Of a stretch of 64,000 nucleotides of DNA, positions 43,024 through 53,024 are shown piece after piece (position 1 is the first letter of the stretch; each line of letters opens with the position of its first letter). The stretch is from Candidatus Azambacteria bacterium (GTDB taxonomy: Bacteria; Patescibacteriota; Minisyncoccia; UBA10092): positions 142,203 to 206,202 of the forward strand of contig JACRAJ010000001.1 of assembly GCA_016213445.1 (NCBI GenBank), read 5' to 3'. The notes under the pieces were generated by a model. It was given only the letters and a program-made list of their open reading frames with translations, made no database searches and had not been told where the DNA came from. Both the position numbers and the translations under genes were made by a program.

Positions 43024-43602
43024 TCATTTTTTATTGTTTTGATTTTGAGACAAGTTTTTTAAAAGTTTTTTTGCCCGGAAAAGCTTCATTTTCAGCGCCG
43101 GAACGGTAATAGATTCTTGCGCGGCTATTTCTTTATAGGATTTGTCTTCAATGTAATATAACGAAACCAATCGAGCCAAAGGTTTCGGCAGACGGGACAC
43201 GAGATTATTTACCGTGGATTTTGTTTCCATTGTCAGAGCCAAATTTTCGGTTAAATTGCCGTGTTCGGAAGCCAGCTCAAGGTCAAGCGGGTCGTTTGAT
43301 TCCATTTGTCGTTTTCTGTTTGTTTTCCTGTACCGGCTGATGGCGGCGTTCATTAAAATTTTATAAGCCCAGCTTTTAAATTCGACGCCTTCCATTTTTT
43401 TAAATTTTGCGCCGTGCAAATATATTTTGACGAAAGCTTCCTGAACGATGTCTTCGGCTTCTTCCCGCTGTTTCAAAATGCCGAGCGCTTTTCTTGTAAA
43501 CGCTTCTTGGTAGCGATCGACTAAAATCTTGAAATAAACCGGCTTTTCCAACGACGCGGCCAGTATTTCCTCGTCTTTTAAATTTTCCGCCGCAAAGTTC
43601 AT
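43024..43602 (-). CDS. ECF-type RNA polymerase sigma-70 family factor
   Basis: 192 aa. Region 2 reads EAEDIVQEAFVKIY... and region 4 reads SYKEIAAQESITVPALKMKLFRAKK. Confidence 0.85.
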   Translation of the reverse strand: MNFAAENLKDEEILAASLEKPVYFKILVDRYQEAFTRKALGILKQREEAEDIVQEAFVKIYLHGAKFKKMEGVEFKSWAYKILMNAAISRYRKTNRKRQMESNDPLDLELASEHGNLTENLALTMETKSTVNNLVSRLPKPLARLVSLYYIEDKSYKEIAAQESITVPALKMKLFRAKKLLKNLSQNQNNKK

Positions 43603-43719
43603 AAAATATATCCCGGCTTAATTTACATCGTTATATACTAAAACTCAATAAAATCAAAAATGTTTCAAATATTTCGCGCTCCCAGTTTAACACGGGCGCG
43701 ATTAAAAATAAATTTACCG

Positions 43720-43772
43720 TTGACAAGTATTTTTTATTTGATATAATCAACCCATACCCACGGTCGGGGTGT
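43720..43772 (+). promoter_or_regulatory. Copper-operon promoter with CsoR-type operator
   Basis: TTGACA (43720-43725) is followed by an extended -10 TGATATAAT (ending 43747). Next is ATACCCACGGTCGGGGTGT (43754-43772), a GC-rich pseudo-palindrome of the TACCC...GGGGTA type bound by CsoR repressors. Confidence 0.55.
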
Positions 43773-43804
43773 TGATAAATAACCAACCATTAATTTTTAA
43801 AAAT

Positions 43805-44077
43805 ATGACTACCCAAAAAGAAAACGCTTTAATCAATTTTAAAAAAGCCCAGAGCTTAACGTTGAAAATCATCAAAATGGTCGAAGCCGATGAATATTGC
43901 ATTGATATTATGCAGCAAAATTTGGCGGTGATCGGCCTTTTAAAATCCGCCCATCAGATGCTCATGGAAAATCACCTTAATACTTGCTTCAAAACGGCGA
44001 TGGAAACAAAAAATGAAAAAAGAAAACAAGAGATGACGCAAGAAATTTTAAAGGTTACAAAACTGCTTAATAAATAA
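43805..44077 (+). CDS. csoR: CsoR/RcnR-family metal-sensing repressor
   Basis: The start is taken at MTTQKENAL. Contains EYCIDIMQQNLAVIGLLKSAHQMLMENHLNTC, which supplies the C-H-C ligand pattern. Confidence 0.8.
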   Translation: MTTQKENALINFKKAQSLTLKIIKMVEADEYCIDIMQQNLAVIGLLKSAHQMLMENHLNTCFKTAMETKNEKRKQEMTQEILKVTKLLNK

Positions 44078-44083
44078 AATTAT

Positions 44084-45607
44084 ATGACCAAAAACGCAAA
44101 AGAACATATTTATTATGTAAAAGGAATGCATTGCGCTTCCTGTGAAATTTTAATCGAGAAGAAATTATTGGAATTGGAAAACATAAAATCCGTTGAAGCG
44201 AAAACGGCCAAAGGCGAAGCGCTGATTGAATACGCCGGCGAGAGGCCGGCCATTGAAAGATTGAATGAAATTTTTAAAAGAGACGGCTATGTTTTTTCTG
44301 ACCGGCCAAAAGAGGCGGCGAATGGTTTTAGGCCGAAGGAATTTTTTATAACTCTCGGCATCGGATTATTGATTGTTGCCGGTTTTATCGGATTAAGCAA
44401 TTCGGGATTATCGGGATTAATAAATGTTAGCTCGAAATCGTCTTTACCGGCGTTTTTTGCGCTCGGGCTTATGGCCGGAATTTCCAGTTGTGCGGCCTTG
44501 GTCGGCGGCATAATTCTCTCGATGTCAAAACAATGGGGCGAATTATATTCGGATGCCGATTCTGTGCGCAAGAAAATTCAGCCCCACTTAATTTTTAACG
44601 CCGGCAGGATTCTTTCTTACGGCATTTTCGGGGCGGCATTGGGAGCCATTGGCGGCAAACTTAATCTTTCCTTAAAATTTAGCTCGGTTTTAGTCATCGC
44701 CGTTTCCGTAATGATGATTTTTTTGGCTTTACAGATGTTCGGTTTCAAAGCTTTTAGAAAATTTCAATTTACAATGCCAAAATTCATTACGAGATTTATT
44801 GCCGATGAATCTAATTTCAAGGGCCGTTATATGCCATTTTTAATGGGCGCGTTTACTTTTTTCCTACCTTGCGGTTTTACCATAACAGCCCAAGGGCTCG
44901 CTTTAATATCCGGCAACGCGATTCAGGGGGGTTTGATCATGATTTTGTTTGCGCTGGGAACCCTGCCGATGCTTTTATTTATTGGTTTGTCCAGCGTTAA
45001 ATTTTTACAAAAACCGCATTTATCCAATAGATTTTTGAAAGTAGCCGGCATTTTGGTTTTATTTTTTGCTCTTTACAGCATAAATTCCCAGTTAAATGTT
45101 TTAGGAATTGCCAGCTTTAGCGATTTAGGCATCAATTCTGGCAGATTGCCAAGCGCTGCAAAAAATAATTCGACTCAAAGCGAAGAAAAATTGCCGCCAA
45201 TCGTTAACGGCAAGCAAATATTAAAAATGGACGCTTCCTCTTCCGGATATTCACCGAACTATTTTAAAGTAAAAGTCGGGGTGCCGGTAAGATGGGAAAT
45301 CGCCGATAAAGGAACAAGCGGCTGTACCAATGCCGTGATTTCAAGAGGATTATTTGATGGCGAAATTAAGCTGACTCCGGGCCAGACCAGCATTAAAGAA
45401 TTTACTCCCGAAAAACCCGGAAAATACAAGTTTAGTTGCTGGATGGGGATGATTTCGGGGATTATAGAAGTTATCGACGAAAACGGCGCGACGCTCCAAA
45501 GCGATTCTTTAAATAGCGGCGGAAATTTATTTAACTTGTCCGGCGCGGAGGGAGCGGGCGGAAGTTGCGGAATAAACGGGCAATGCGGCTGCGGCGGAAG
45601 ACGATGA
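44084..45607 (+). CDS. Fusion protein: HMA metal-binding domain + TauE/SafE-like permease + cupredoxin-like domain + Cys/Gly tail
   Basis: 507 aa. The N-terminus has GMHCASCE, followed by about 6 TM segments. The C-terminal part reads YFKVKVGVPVRWEI...SGCTNAV...KFSCWMGMISG, and the tail is SCGINGQCGCGG. Confidence 0.7.
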   Translation: MTKNAKEHIYYVKGMHCASCEILIEKKLLELENIKSVEAKTAKGEALIEYAGERPAIERLNEIFKRDGYVFSDRPKEAANGFRPKEFFITLGIGLLIVAGFIGLSNSGLSGLINVSSKSSLPAFFALGLMAGISSCAALVGGIILSMSKQWGELYSDADSVRKKIQPHLIFNAGRILSYGIFGAALGAIGGKLNLSLKFSSVLVIAVSVMMIFLALQMFGFKAFRKFQFTMPKFITRFIADESNFKGRYMPFLMGAFTFFLPCGFTITAQGLALISGNAIQGGLIMILFALGTLPMLLFIGLSSVKFLQKPHLSNRFLKVAGILVLFFALYSINSQLNVLGIASFSDLGINSGRLPSAAKNNSTQSEEKLPPIVNGKQILKMDASSSGYSPNYFKVKVGVPVRWEIADKGTSGCTNAVISRGLFDGEIKLTPGQTSIKEFTPEKPGKYKFSCWMGMISGIIEVIDENGATLQSDSLNSGGNLFNLSGAEGAGGSCGINGQCGCGGRR

Positions 45608-45632
45608 TATGTAAATTTTAATTTCACAAAAT

Positions 45633-47885
45633 ATGAATCAAAAAACAATCTTAAATATTTCCGGCATGCACTGTGCTTCCTGCGCGGCCAATATCGAAAA
45701 CGCCCTCAAAAAAAAGGAGGGAATTAAATCCGCCAATGTTAATTTTGCTTCCGAAAAACTTTATTTAGAATTTGATTCTGTTGAAATAAGCATCGCCAGA
45801 ATAAAAAAAATTATTGAGAAATTAGGATATGGGGCGGCGGAAGAAACCTTTGAGGAGGAAATGCGCGATCACCGTAAAGAGGCAAGAGCGCAAGAAATAA
45901 AAAAATTAAAAAAGCGGTTTATTTTTGCTCTAATTTTCAGTTTGCCCGTTATTTATATGGTAATGGGCGAGATGGCCGGCTTGCCGATGCCGATAATTTT
46001 TGAAAATTACGGAACCGTTATTCAGTTTGCGCTGGCGTCGGCCGTCATCGTTTCTTGTTTTAATATTTGGACTTCCGGTTTTAAAAACTTGTTGCGTTTG
46101 GCGCCCGATATGGATTCCCTTATCTTTATTGGCACGGCCGTCGCTTATTTTTACAGCCTAACCGTGTCCATTTTAACATTTTCGGGCGCAAAGATTGAAG
46201 CGCATCTTTATTATGAAAGCGCGGCTTTGATTTTGGTCTTTATTTCTTTGGGAAAGTATCTGGAAGCGATAACCAAGGGAAGGACAAGCGAAGCAATTAA
46301 AAAATTGATCGGGCTCCAGCCCAAAGAAGCAACGATTATAAAAAACAACGAAGAAATAAAAATTCTTATTTCCGAAGTAAAAGTCGGGGATATTATTTTG
46401 GTTAGGCCCGGCGAGAAAATTCCGGTAGACGGCATTGTTATCGACGGCTATTCCGGCGTTGATGAAAAAGCGATCACCGGCGAAAGCATCCCGGTGGAAA
46501 AGAAAAAAAACGATGAGGTAATCGGCGCGACCATTAATAAGACCGGCGTTTTAAAATTTACAGCGACTCGGGTCGGCAAGGATACAATGCTCGCGCAGAT
46601 TATAAAAATAGTTGAAGAGGCGATGGGCTCCAAGGCGCCGATTCAGCTTTTGGCCGATAAAGTTTCTTTTTATTTTGTTCCTTTCGTGATCGGCATTGCT
46701 ATTTTTGTTTTTATTATCTGGCTTTTATTGGGGCAGCCTTTGGCTTTCGCCTTAACGGTTTTTGTGGCAGTCTTGATTATTGCTTGTCCTTGCGCGTTGG
46801 GATTGGCGACGCCGACAGCCGTGATGATGGGCGCGGGATTGGCGGCAAAAAACGGCATTTTAATCAAAAACGGCAAGGCTCTGGAAATAGCCCGCGATTT
46901 GGATATCGTCATTTTTGATAAAACCGGAACTTTAACCAAAGGCGAACCGAATGTCACCGATGTGGTTAAGATTAAAAACGATATCGGCGAAAATTTGGTT
47001 TTGCAAATCGCGGCATCGGCGGAAAAAAATTCCGAACATCCTTTGGCTCAAGCGATTGTCAATAAGGCGAAAGAAGAAAAGACCGATTTGTCGGAAGTAA
47101 AAAATTTTCAAGCCATACCAGGCTACGGCATCGCGGCCGATTTGGAAAATAAAAAAATACTTTTCGGAACAAGAAAATTAATGGCTGACAATCAAATTGA
47201 TCCGAACGCAATAGAAGAAAAAATGATTGCTCTCGAAGATCAGGGTAAAACGGCAATGATTTTGGCCGTGGAAAAAGAAATTGTCGGCATTATCGCGGTG
47301 GCTGACATGCTCAAGGATTATTCAAAAGAAGCGGTTGAAATGCTTCACAAAATGGGAAAAAAAGTCGCGATAATCACCGGGGACAATAAAAGGGTTGGGC
47401 AGGCCATCGCCCGGCAAGTCGGCATAGACAAGGTTTTAGCCGAAGTGTTGCCCCAAGAAAAATCAGCCGAGATTAAAAAATTGCAGAGCGAGGGAAATAC
47501 TGTGGCGATGGTGGGAGACGGCATAAATGACGCTCCGGCCTTGGCTCAGGCAGATTTGGGCATCGCGCTTGGTTCGGGCACCGATATAGCAATGGAAACA
47601 GGAGAGATAGTCTTAATTAAAGATGATTTGCGAGATGTTGTTGCCGCTATTGATTTAAGCAAATACACTTTAAATAAAATCAAGCAAAATCTTTTTTGGG
47701 CTTTCTTTTACAATATTATCGGCATTCCCGTCGCGGCGGGCATTTTATATCCCTTTACCGGTTGGCTTTTAAATCCGGCGCTTGCCGCCGCCGCCATGGC
47801 ATTTTCGTCGGTTAGCGTTGTTTCAAATTCTCTTTTAATGAAAAGCTATAAGCCGCAAATTACCATTCGGGCTGCTGGGAATTGA
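45633..47885 (+). CDS. copA: Copper-translocating P1B-type ATPase
   Basis: 750 aa. Motifs seen: [21 protein letters not shown] and GDGINDAP. The last codons overlap the antisense tRNA-Pro. Confidence 0.95.
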   Translation: MNQKTILNISGMHCASCAANIENALKKKEGIKSANVNFASEKLYLEFDSVEISIARIKKIIEKLGYGAAEETFEEEMRDHRKEARAQEIKKLKKRFIFALIFSLPVIYMVMGEMAGLPMPIIFENYGTVIQFALASAVIVSCFNIWTSGFKNLLRLAPDMDSLIFIGTAVAYFYSLTVSILTFSGAKIEAHLYYESAALILVFISLGKYLEAITKGRTSEAIKKLIGLQPKEATIIKNNEEIKILISEVKVGDIILVRPGEKIPVDGIVIDGYSGVDEKAITGESIPVEKKKNDEVIGATINKTGVLKFTATRVGKDTMLAQIIKIVEEAMGSKAPIQLLADKVSFYFVPFVIGIAIFVFIIWLLLGQPLAFALTVFVAVLIIACPCALGLATPTAVMMGAGLAAKNGILIKNGKALEIARDLDIVIFDKTGTLTKGEPNVTDVVKIKNDIGENLVLQIAASAEKNSEHPLAQAIVNKAKEEKTDLSEVKNFQAIPGYGIAADLENKKILFGTRKLMADNQIDPNAIEEKMIALEDQGKTAMILAVEKEIVGIIAVADMLKDYSKEAVEMLHKMGKKVAIITGDNKRVGQAIARQVGIDKVLAEVLPQEKSAEIKKLQSEGNTVAMVGDGINDAPALAQADLGIALGSGTDIAMETGEIVLIKDDLRDVVAAIDLSKYTLNKIKQNLFWAFFYNIIGIPVAAGILYPFTGWLLNPALAAAAMAFSSVSVVSNSLLMKSYKPQITIRAAGN

Positions 47886-47937
47886 ACCCAGATTACACGC
47901 ACCCGAAGCGTGCGTAATGCCGTTATACCACAGCCCG
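47867..47937 (-). tRNA. tRNA-Pro (anticodon CGG)
   Basis: Acceptor CGGGCTG/CAGCCCG, anticodon arm CACGC-TTCGGGT-GCGTG, T arm CTGGG-TTCAATT-CCCAG. Confidence 0.85.
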
Positions 47938-47938
47938 T

Positions 47939-49441
47939 TTAGCTGACGCGATATTTGCTTTTGATGCCGCGAAATTCTTCTTCGGCGGCTTCCTGCGTTT
48001 TAGTTTGCGCGATTTTGCGCATTTTTTCAAGTTTTTCAAGCGGCTCTTCGTTTAATTCAGCCGCTCTTTTCAGCAAATAATCTTTTTTATTGTTTTTCGG
48101 ATTTTCGATAATTTCATCGAGAAGGATGTTTAAAATATGGCCGATTTTCGGGCCGGGTTTGAGTTTCAATTCTTTCATTAAAATATCGCCGTTGATTTTT
48201 AACATTTTTACCGAAATCGGGTCGCGCGACACTTTTTCAATAATCGCCCGAAGATGGCGGAGTTTGTACGGCTCGGCCTTGGGCACGCCCGAGCCCTTGC
48301 GGTCGGCGATGCGCACTTCAAGCAAGTCGTCGATATTTTCCGGACCGACATTTTTTACCAGTCGGCGCACCGAGCTTTCGCTTACTTCTTCAACATTGTA
48401 GTAAAACAAATGATAACGAACCAATAATACAACTTTTTCGATGAATTTTTTGGAAAATTTAAGCCGTTCCAAAATTTTGGCGGTCATTTTGGCGCCGACA
48501 ACTTCATGATTGTAGAAAGTGGAATCCGGCCCTTCGCCCCGTTTAGTGCGGGGCTTGCCGATGTCATGCAGAAGCGCGGCGACGCGGTTTTCCAGTTTAT
48601 AATTATTTTTCACCGCCCAATCCAAAGCTAAAAGATTATGTTCCCAAACGGTGTAAATGTGGTGCTTGTTCTGGCCGACTTGCCATCCCTCGTCGAGTTC
48701 CGGAAGGACATGTTTTAACAAACCGTATTCGCGCAGCATTTCGATTCCGGTTTTGGCGTTTTCAGCCATTATTATTTTGGCGAATTCATCGCGGATTCTT
48801 TCTTTGGAAATGGCGACAAGGTCGTTGGAATTTTTCTTTATCGCTTCGGCGGTTTTTTCTTCGATTGAAAAATTCAATTGCGCGGCGAAGCGAACGGCCC
48901 GCATCAAGCGCAGAGCATCCTCGTTGAATCTTTCATCCGCGTTGCCCACGGTTCGGATTATTTTATCGGCGATGTCTTTCTGCCCGCCGAAGGGATCAAT
49001 CAACGACATGTGATTTGCGACATGCGACATGTTGTTAATTCTTGCCGCTTGCCGCTTGCCGCTTGTTACTCCAAGCGCCATCGCGTTGATTGTAAAATCG
49101 CGGCGCGCCAAATCGTCTTCAAGTTTTGAAGCGAATTTAACGGCGTCGGGGTGGCGTTTGTCGGTGTATTTTTCTTCAACCCGGAAAGTGGTGATTTCAA
49201 CGATTTTCAGTGTCTCGTTTTCACTTTCGGTGTTCACCGCCACGGTGCCGAAATTGTTTTCATAAACGCTTTTTCGGAAAATTTTCTGGATTTCTTCCGG
49301 CTTGGCGTTGGTGGCGACGTCCCAATCGTACGGTTCGCGGTTTAAAATGAAATCGCGGACGCATCCGCCAACGGCGTATGCCTCAAATCCGGATTCGTTC
49401 AAATCGGCTATTATTTTTTTTACTTCTTTCGGGAGAATCAT
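47939..49441 (-). CDS. cca: CCA-adding enzyme / poly(A) polymerase-family tRNA nucleotidyltransferase with HD domain
   Basis: 500 aa. Contains AYAVGGCVRDFIL, ...RDFTINA..., and HD LLHDIGKP. Confidence 0.85.
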   Translation of the reverse strand: MILPKEVKKIIADLNESGFEAYAVGGCVRDFILNREPYDWDVATNAKPEEIQKIFRKSVYENNFGTVAVNTESENETLKIVEITTFRVEEKYTDKRHPDAVKFASKLEDDLARRDFTINAMALGVTSGKRQAARINNMSHVANHMSLIDPFGGQKDIADKIIRTVGNADERFNEDALRLMRAVRFAAQLNFSIEEKTAEAIKKNSNDLVAISKERIRDEFAKIIMAENAKTGIEMLREYGLLKHVLPELDEGWQVGQNKHHIYTVWEHNLLALDWAVKNNYKLENRVAALLHDIGKPRTKRGEGPDSTFYNHEVVGAKMTAKILERLKFSKKFIEKVVLLVRYHLFYYNVEEVSESSVRRLVKNVGPENIDDLLEVRIADRKGSGVPKAEPYKLRHLRAIIEKVSRDPISVKMLKINGDILMKELKLKPGPKIGHILNILLDEIIENPKNNKKDYLLKRAAELNEEPLEKLEKMRKIAQTKTQEAAEEEFRGIKSKYRVS

Positions 49442-49443
49442 AG

Positions 49444-51897
49444 CTAAAGCAATGTGGCGGAAACGACTTTGTCTCCGGGTTCGACGCGCATGATGCGGAC
49501 GCCTTGGGTGACGCGCGAAACGGTGGAAATCGAAGCAAGGTCGGTGCGAATCACCACGCCTTTTTTGGAAATGGCGATTATTTCCGTCGCTTCCGGCGGA
49601 ATCGCGAAAGCCGAAACTATTTTTCCCGTTTTCGGAGTGATTTTGGCGGTTTTGACACCCGATCCGGCGCGATTTTGTTTTTTGTAAAATTTAAGGAATG
49701 TTTTCTTTCCGTATCCGTTTTCCATAATCACCAAAAATTTGGCGTTTTGATCTTTTGCCATCGCCGCGGGAATGACATCCATCCCCATCACTTCATCGCC
49801 GGCGCGCAGGCGGATGCCGTGCATTCCGGCCGTCGCCCTGCCGAGCGGCCGCGCGTCTTTTTCTGAAAATCTTATCGCCTGTCCCTGCGAGGTGACAAAA
49901 ATTATCTGGTCTTCTCCCGATGATTCTTTCACCCATTTGAGCGCGTCGCCTTTTTTGAGTTTTATGGCGATAAGGCCGGAGCGGCGCACCGATTCAAAAT
50001 CGGCGATGGGCGTTTTCTTCACCAAACCGTTTTTGGTCGCCATCACGAAATATTTTTCGGAGTTCTTTTCTTTAAGCTGTTTTTCGTTGTAGGTAAGAAT
50101 CGCGGCGATTTTTTCATCGGCTCCGAGCGCCAAAAAATTCACGGCGGCTTTGCCGCGCGATTGGCGCGACGCTTCGGGGATTTCCCAAACTTTGGTTTGA
50201 AAAACTCGGCCGGCATCGGTGAAAAACAGCGCGTTGTCGTGGGTTTCGCAGGAAATAAAGTGAGTGACGGCGTCTTCTTCCTTGGTGCTTATGCCGGTTG
50301 CGCCCTTGCCGCCCCTGTGCTGGGCCCTGACGACCGCGGGATTCATTCTTTTTATGTATCCGGAATCGGTTAACACGATTACGGCTTCTTCAAGCGGCAC
50401 CAGGTCTTCTTCTTTAAATTCCCCCAAAGCGCCGGCGACCAATTTGGTGCGCCTTTCGTCGCCGTATCTGGTTTTAGCGTCTTGAAGTTCTTTGTGGATT
50501 ATTTCCAACACCCGGTCGCGGCTCTTCAAAATCAAGGTCAATTCTTTGATGAGTTTTTTCTTTTCTTCCAATTCATTTTCTATTTTTTTCCTTTCAAGAT
50601 TCGCCAGAGTGGCGAGCTTCATTTCCAAAATGGCATTGGCCTGAATTTCGGTGAATTTGAATTTGGCGACCAGGTTTTTGCGGGCGGCGTCGCGGTCTTC
50701 CGATTTTTTGATGGTTTTTATTATTTCATCTATGTGGTCGAGCGCTTTTTTGAGGCCTTCCAAAATATGGGCGCGCTCTTCGGCTCTCGCCAGATCATAT
50801 TTGGTGCGGCGCACCACCACTTCTTCGCGGTGTTTCAAGTAATATTCCAAAACGGCTTTAAGCGAAAGCACCTGCGGCTGGATGCCGTCAACCAAAGCCA
50901 GCATATTCAAATGGAAAGTGCGCTGGAGTTCGGTGTATTTATAAAGGTTGTTGAGGATTTTTTGGGGTGCGGCGTCGCTTTTGAGTTCAATAACAATTCT
51001 CATTCCGTCTTTATCGGATTCGTCTCGCAAATCCCTAATACCCTCGATTTTCTTTATGGAAACCAGCTCGGCGATTTTTTCGAGAAGCGTCGATTTATTT
51101 ACCTGATAAGGAATTTCCGTGATGATTATCTGGAACCGCCCCTTTTTATCTTCAACGATTTCGGCTTTGCCCCTGATGACAATCGGTCCGCGGCCGGTGG
51201 CGTAAGCCGCGGCGATGTCTTTTTTATTGTAGATTATTCCGCCGGTCGGAAAATCGGGCCCCTTAATGAATTCCAGTAAATCTTCGGTGGCGGCGCGAGG
51301 GTGCTTTACCAAATGGGAGGCGGCGTCGATTATCTCGTTCAAATTATGCGGCGGAATGTTGGTCGCCATGCCGACGGCAATGCCCATCGTGCCGTTTAAG
51401 ATAAGCTGGGGAACGGCGGAGGGCAAAACCTTCGGCTCTTTGCGAGTGGCATCGTAGTTGTCGATAAAATCAACGGTGTCCTTTTCTATATCTTTTAAAT
51501 TTTCTTCGGCCAAAGCGGTCAGCTTGGCTTCCGTGTATCTCATAGCCGCCGGGGAATCGCCGTCGACACTGCCAAAATTGCCCTGGCCTTTAATCAGGGG
51601 ATATCTCAAGGAAAAGTCCTGCGCCATGCGCGCCAGGGCGTCGTAAACCGAAATGTCGCCGTGCGGGTGGTATTTGCCGAGCACTTCGCCGACCACCAGC
51701 GCCGATTTTCGAAATTTTGCCGTGTGGCCCAATCCCAGATCGTGCATGGCGTAAAGAATCCGGCGGTGAACCGGCTTCAAGCCGTCGCGAACATCGGGCA
51801 AGGCGCGCTGAACAATCACCGACATCGCGTAATCCAAATACGACTCTTCCATTTCCCGGCTTATTTCTCTTTGTTTTATGTATCCTATTTCCGCCAT
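49444..51897 (-). CDS. gyrA: DNA gyrase subunit A
   Basis: 817 aa. Contains [16 protein letters not shown] and AAMRYTE around the catalytic Tyr, plus a C-terminal beta-pinwheel repeat region. Confidence 0.95.
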   Translation of the reverse strand: MAEIGYIKQREISREMEESYLDYAMSVIVQRALPDVRDGLKPVHRRILYAMHDLGLGHTAKFRKSALVVGEVLGKYHPHGDISVYDALARMAQDFSLRYPLIKGQGNFGSVDGDSPAAMRYTEAKLTALAEENLKDIEKDTVDFIDNYDATRKEPKVLPSAVPQLILNGTMGIAVGMATNIPPHNLNEIIDAASHLVKHPRAATEDLLEFIKGPDFPTGGIIYNKKDIAAAYATGRGPIVIRGKAEIVEDKKGRFQIIITEIPYQVNKSTLLEKIAELVSIKKIEGIRDLRDESDKDGMRIVIELKSDAAPQKILNNLYKYTELQRTFHLNMLALVDGIQPQVLSLKAVLEYYLKHREEVVVRRTKYDLARAEERAHILEGLKKALDHIDEIIKTIKKSEDRDAARKNLVAKFKFTEIQANAILEMKLATLANLERKKIENELEEKKKLIKELTLILKSRDRVLEIIHKELQDAKTRYGDERRTKLVAGALGEFKEEDLVPLEEAVIVLTDSGYIKRMNPAVVRAQHRGGKGATGISTKEEDAVTHFISCETHDNALFFTDAGRVFQTKVWEIPEASRQSRGKAAVNFLALGADEKIAAILTYNEKQLKEKNSEKYFVMATKNGLVKKTPIADFESVRRSGLIAIKLKKGDALKWVKESSGEDQIIFVTSQGQAIRFSEKDARPLGRATAGMHGIRLRAGDEVMGMDVIPAAMAKDQNAKFLVIMENGYGKKTFLKFYKKQNRAGSGVKTAKITPKTGKIVSAFAIPPEATEIIAISKKGVVIRTDLASISTVSRVTQGVRIMRVEPGDKVVSATLL

Positions 51898-52124
51898 AAA
51901 TTTTTAAGTTCGCCGACTTGCGATTTGAGCGCTTGCCACACGCCGGGCAATTCCTGTTTTAAATTCGCCGCGGCTTCATCATTTTGATTTTGGGGAATTT
52001 GCGACGGGAAATTCAAAAGCCAAAAACTGAAAATCACGGTTATTATAACAGCAATGCCGGCCCACATTATCATTTTTTTTACCGGCTCGGGCTTGTTTTG
52101 AAGATTTTTTAAGAAATTATTCAT
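51885..52124 (-). CDS. Small single-TM hypothetical protein
   Basis: 79 aa with one TM ([19 protein letters not shown]). It overlaps the gyrA start by 13 nt. Confidence 0.5.
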   Translation of the reverse strand: MNNFLKNLQNKPEPVKKMIMWAGIAVIITVIFSFWLLNFPSQIPQNQNDEAAANLKQELPGVWQALKSQVGELKNLWRK

Positions 52125-52148
52125 TTTAAGAAATAAAAATGGCTGAAA

Positions 52149-52295
52149 AAATAAAAGCGGAAAACATTATTTTCGAAGCTTCCGCAGCCCCGACGGCATG
52201 GTCTCGCCGCAGGCGAGCGTCGGGGCGAGGACGGACAGAGAGGTCGCCGCTGGGCGACCGAACACGCAAGAAAATAATTTTTTCCGCTTTTATTT
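52149..52295 (-). repeat. Palindromic structured intergenic element, copy 4 (147 bp, opposite orientation)
   Basis: Arms at 52149-52173 and 52271-52295 match at 24 of 25 positions. Read in reverse complement, the core shows hairpin GGTCGCC-CAGC-GGCGACC, stem GCCCCGACG/CGTCGGGGC, and inner hairpin CTCGCC-TGC-GGCGAG. ACCATGC and AAGCTTCG are conserved. Confidence 0.85.
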
Positions 52296-52344
52296 GTCAT
52301 AACTTTATTTTTTCACTTTTATTTTCATAAGCCGCTTTTATTTA

Positions 52345-52932
52345 TTATACCTTTTCCAAAATCACGATTTTCGTCTCATTTTCATTTATATCTTTCTTTT
52401 TTATGGCGAGTTTTGGTTGCGAAGTTCCGTCGGCTTCGCTTTCTTTGAGAAAAGCCGAAAGCGGCGCCCGTTTTATTTTCAATCCTTTAATGTCGTAAAG
52501 CATCGGAATAACTATCGACGGCCCGATTTTGTTTATTACTGTCATTGCCGTTTCCGCGTCTAAAACGCCACTGCCGCCAACCGGAACCAAAACAATGTCC
52601 GGATCGCCGATTAACGCTGTTTTTTCGCTGTCCAAATCCTCGCTTAAAAAACCAAGATGAGAAATTTTAATATCGTCGATTTCCATATTATATATGGTGT
52701 TTTTCCCGTCGGCGACGCCTAAAACGCTTACCCCTTTTATTTCATATTCTCCCGGACCGTCTATGACAAAAGCTTCGGTGTCCGCCGTTTGGCCGGATTT
52801 TGAATAAATTAAAACATCGCTTTTCAGGCGAGGAGGATTGATTCCCGATTCTTTTTGAGGCGGTTCGATTAAAATCCGTATTCCGCCGCTTTCCAAAAGA
52901 AAGCATGCTTCTCCGTACCAGCTGATTGTCAT
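52345..52932 (-). CDS. MBL-fold metal-dependent hydrolase (UPF0173-like)
   Basis: The start is taken at MTISWYGEACFLLES, since the track extends further upstream. Overall length and pattern fit the family. Confidence 0.75.
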   Translation of the reverse strand: MTISWYGEACFLLESGGIRILIEPPQKESGINPPRLKSDVLIYSKSGQTADTEAFVIDGPGEYEIKGVSVLGVADGKNTIYNMEIDDIKISHLGFLSEDLDSEKTALIGDPDIVLVPVGGSGVLDAETAMTVINKIGPSIVIPMLYDIKGLKIKRAPLSAFLKESEADGTSQPKLAIKKKDINENETKIVILEKV

Positions 52933-53024
52933 AATTTGTATATTGTTAAAATAACAAGTTTCCGCGAATTGTTCAAGAATTGGCATTTGACAAGGGCGCA
53001 TTTTGCGGATATTATCGTCAAAGT

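Noticed and set aside
832-47885. Alternative genetic code (UGA or UAG reassignment)
   Set aside because: TGA terminates conserved genes at their expected ends (rpmH 832-834, copA 47883-47885). TAG terminates the LAGLIDADG gene. Conserved proteins show no internal stops. The single in-frame TAG at 58166 is therefore treated as local.
47867-47885. Overlap of the copA 3' end with tRNA-Pro(CGG) on the opposite strand as a regulatory feature
   Set aside because: It is a 19-nt convergent overlap in a compact genome. The copA tail after the last TM is short and unconserved, so nothing suggests more than tight packing.
50482-51279. 265-aa plus-strand ORF
   Set aside because: It is antisense to gyrA, and its F-rich junk translation is typical of the reverse frame of a K/E-rich gene.
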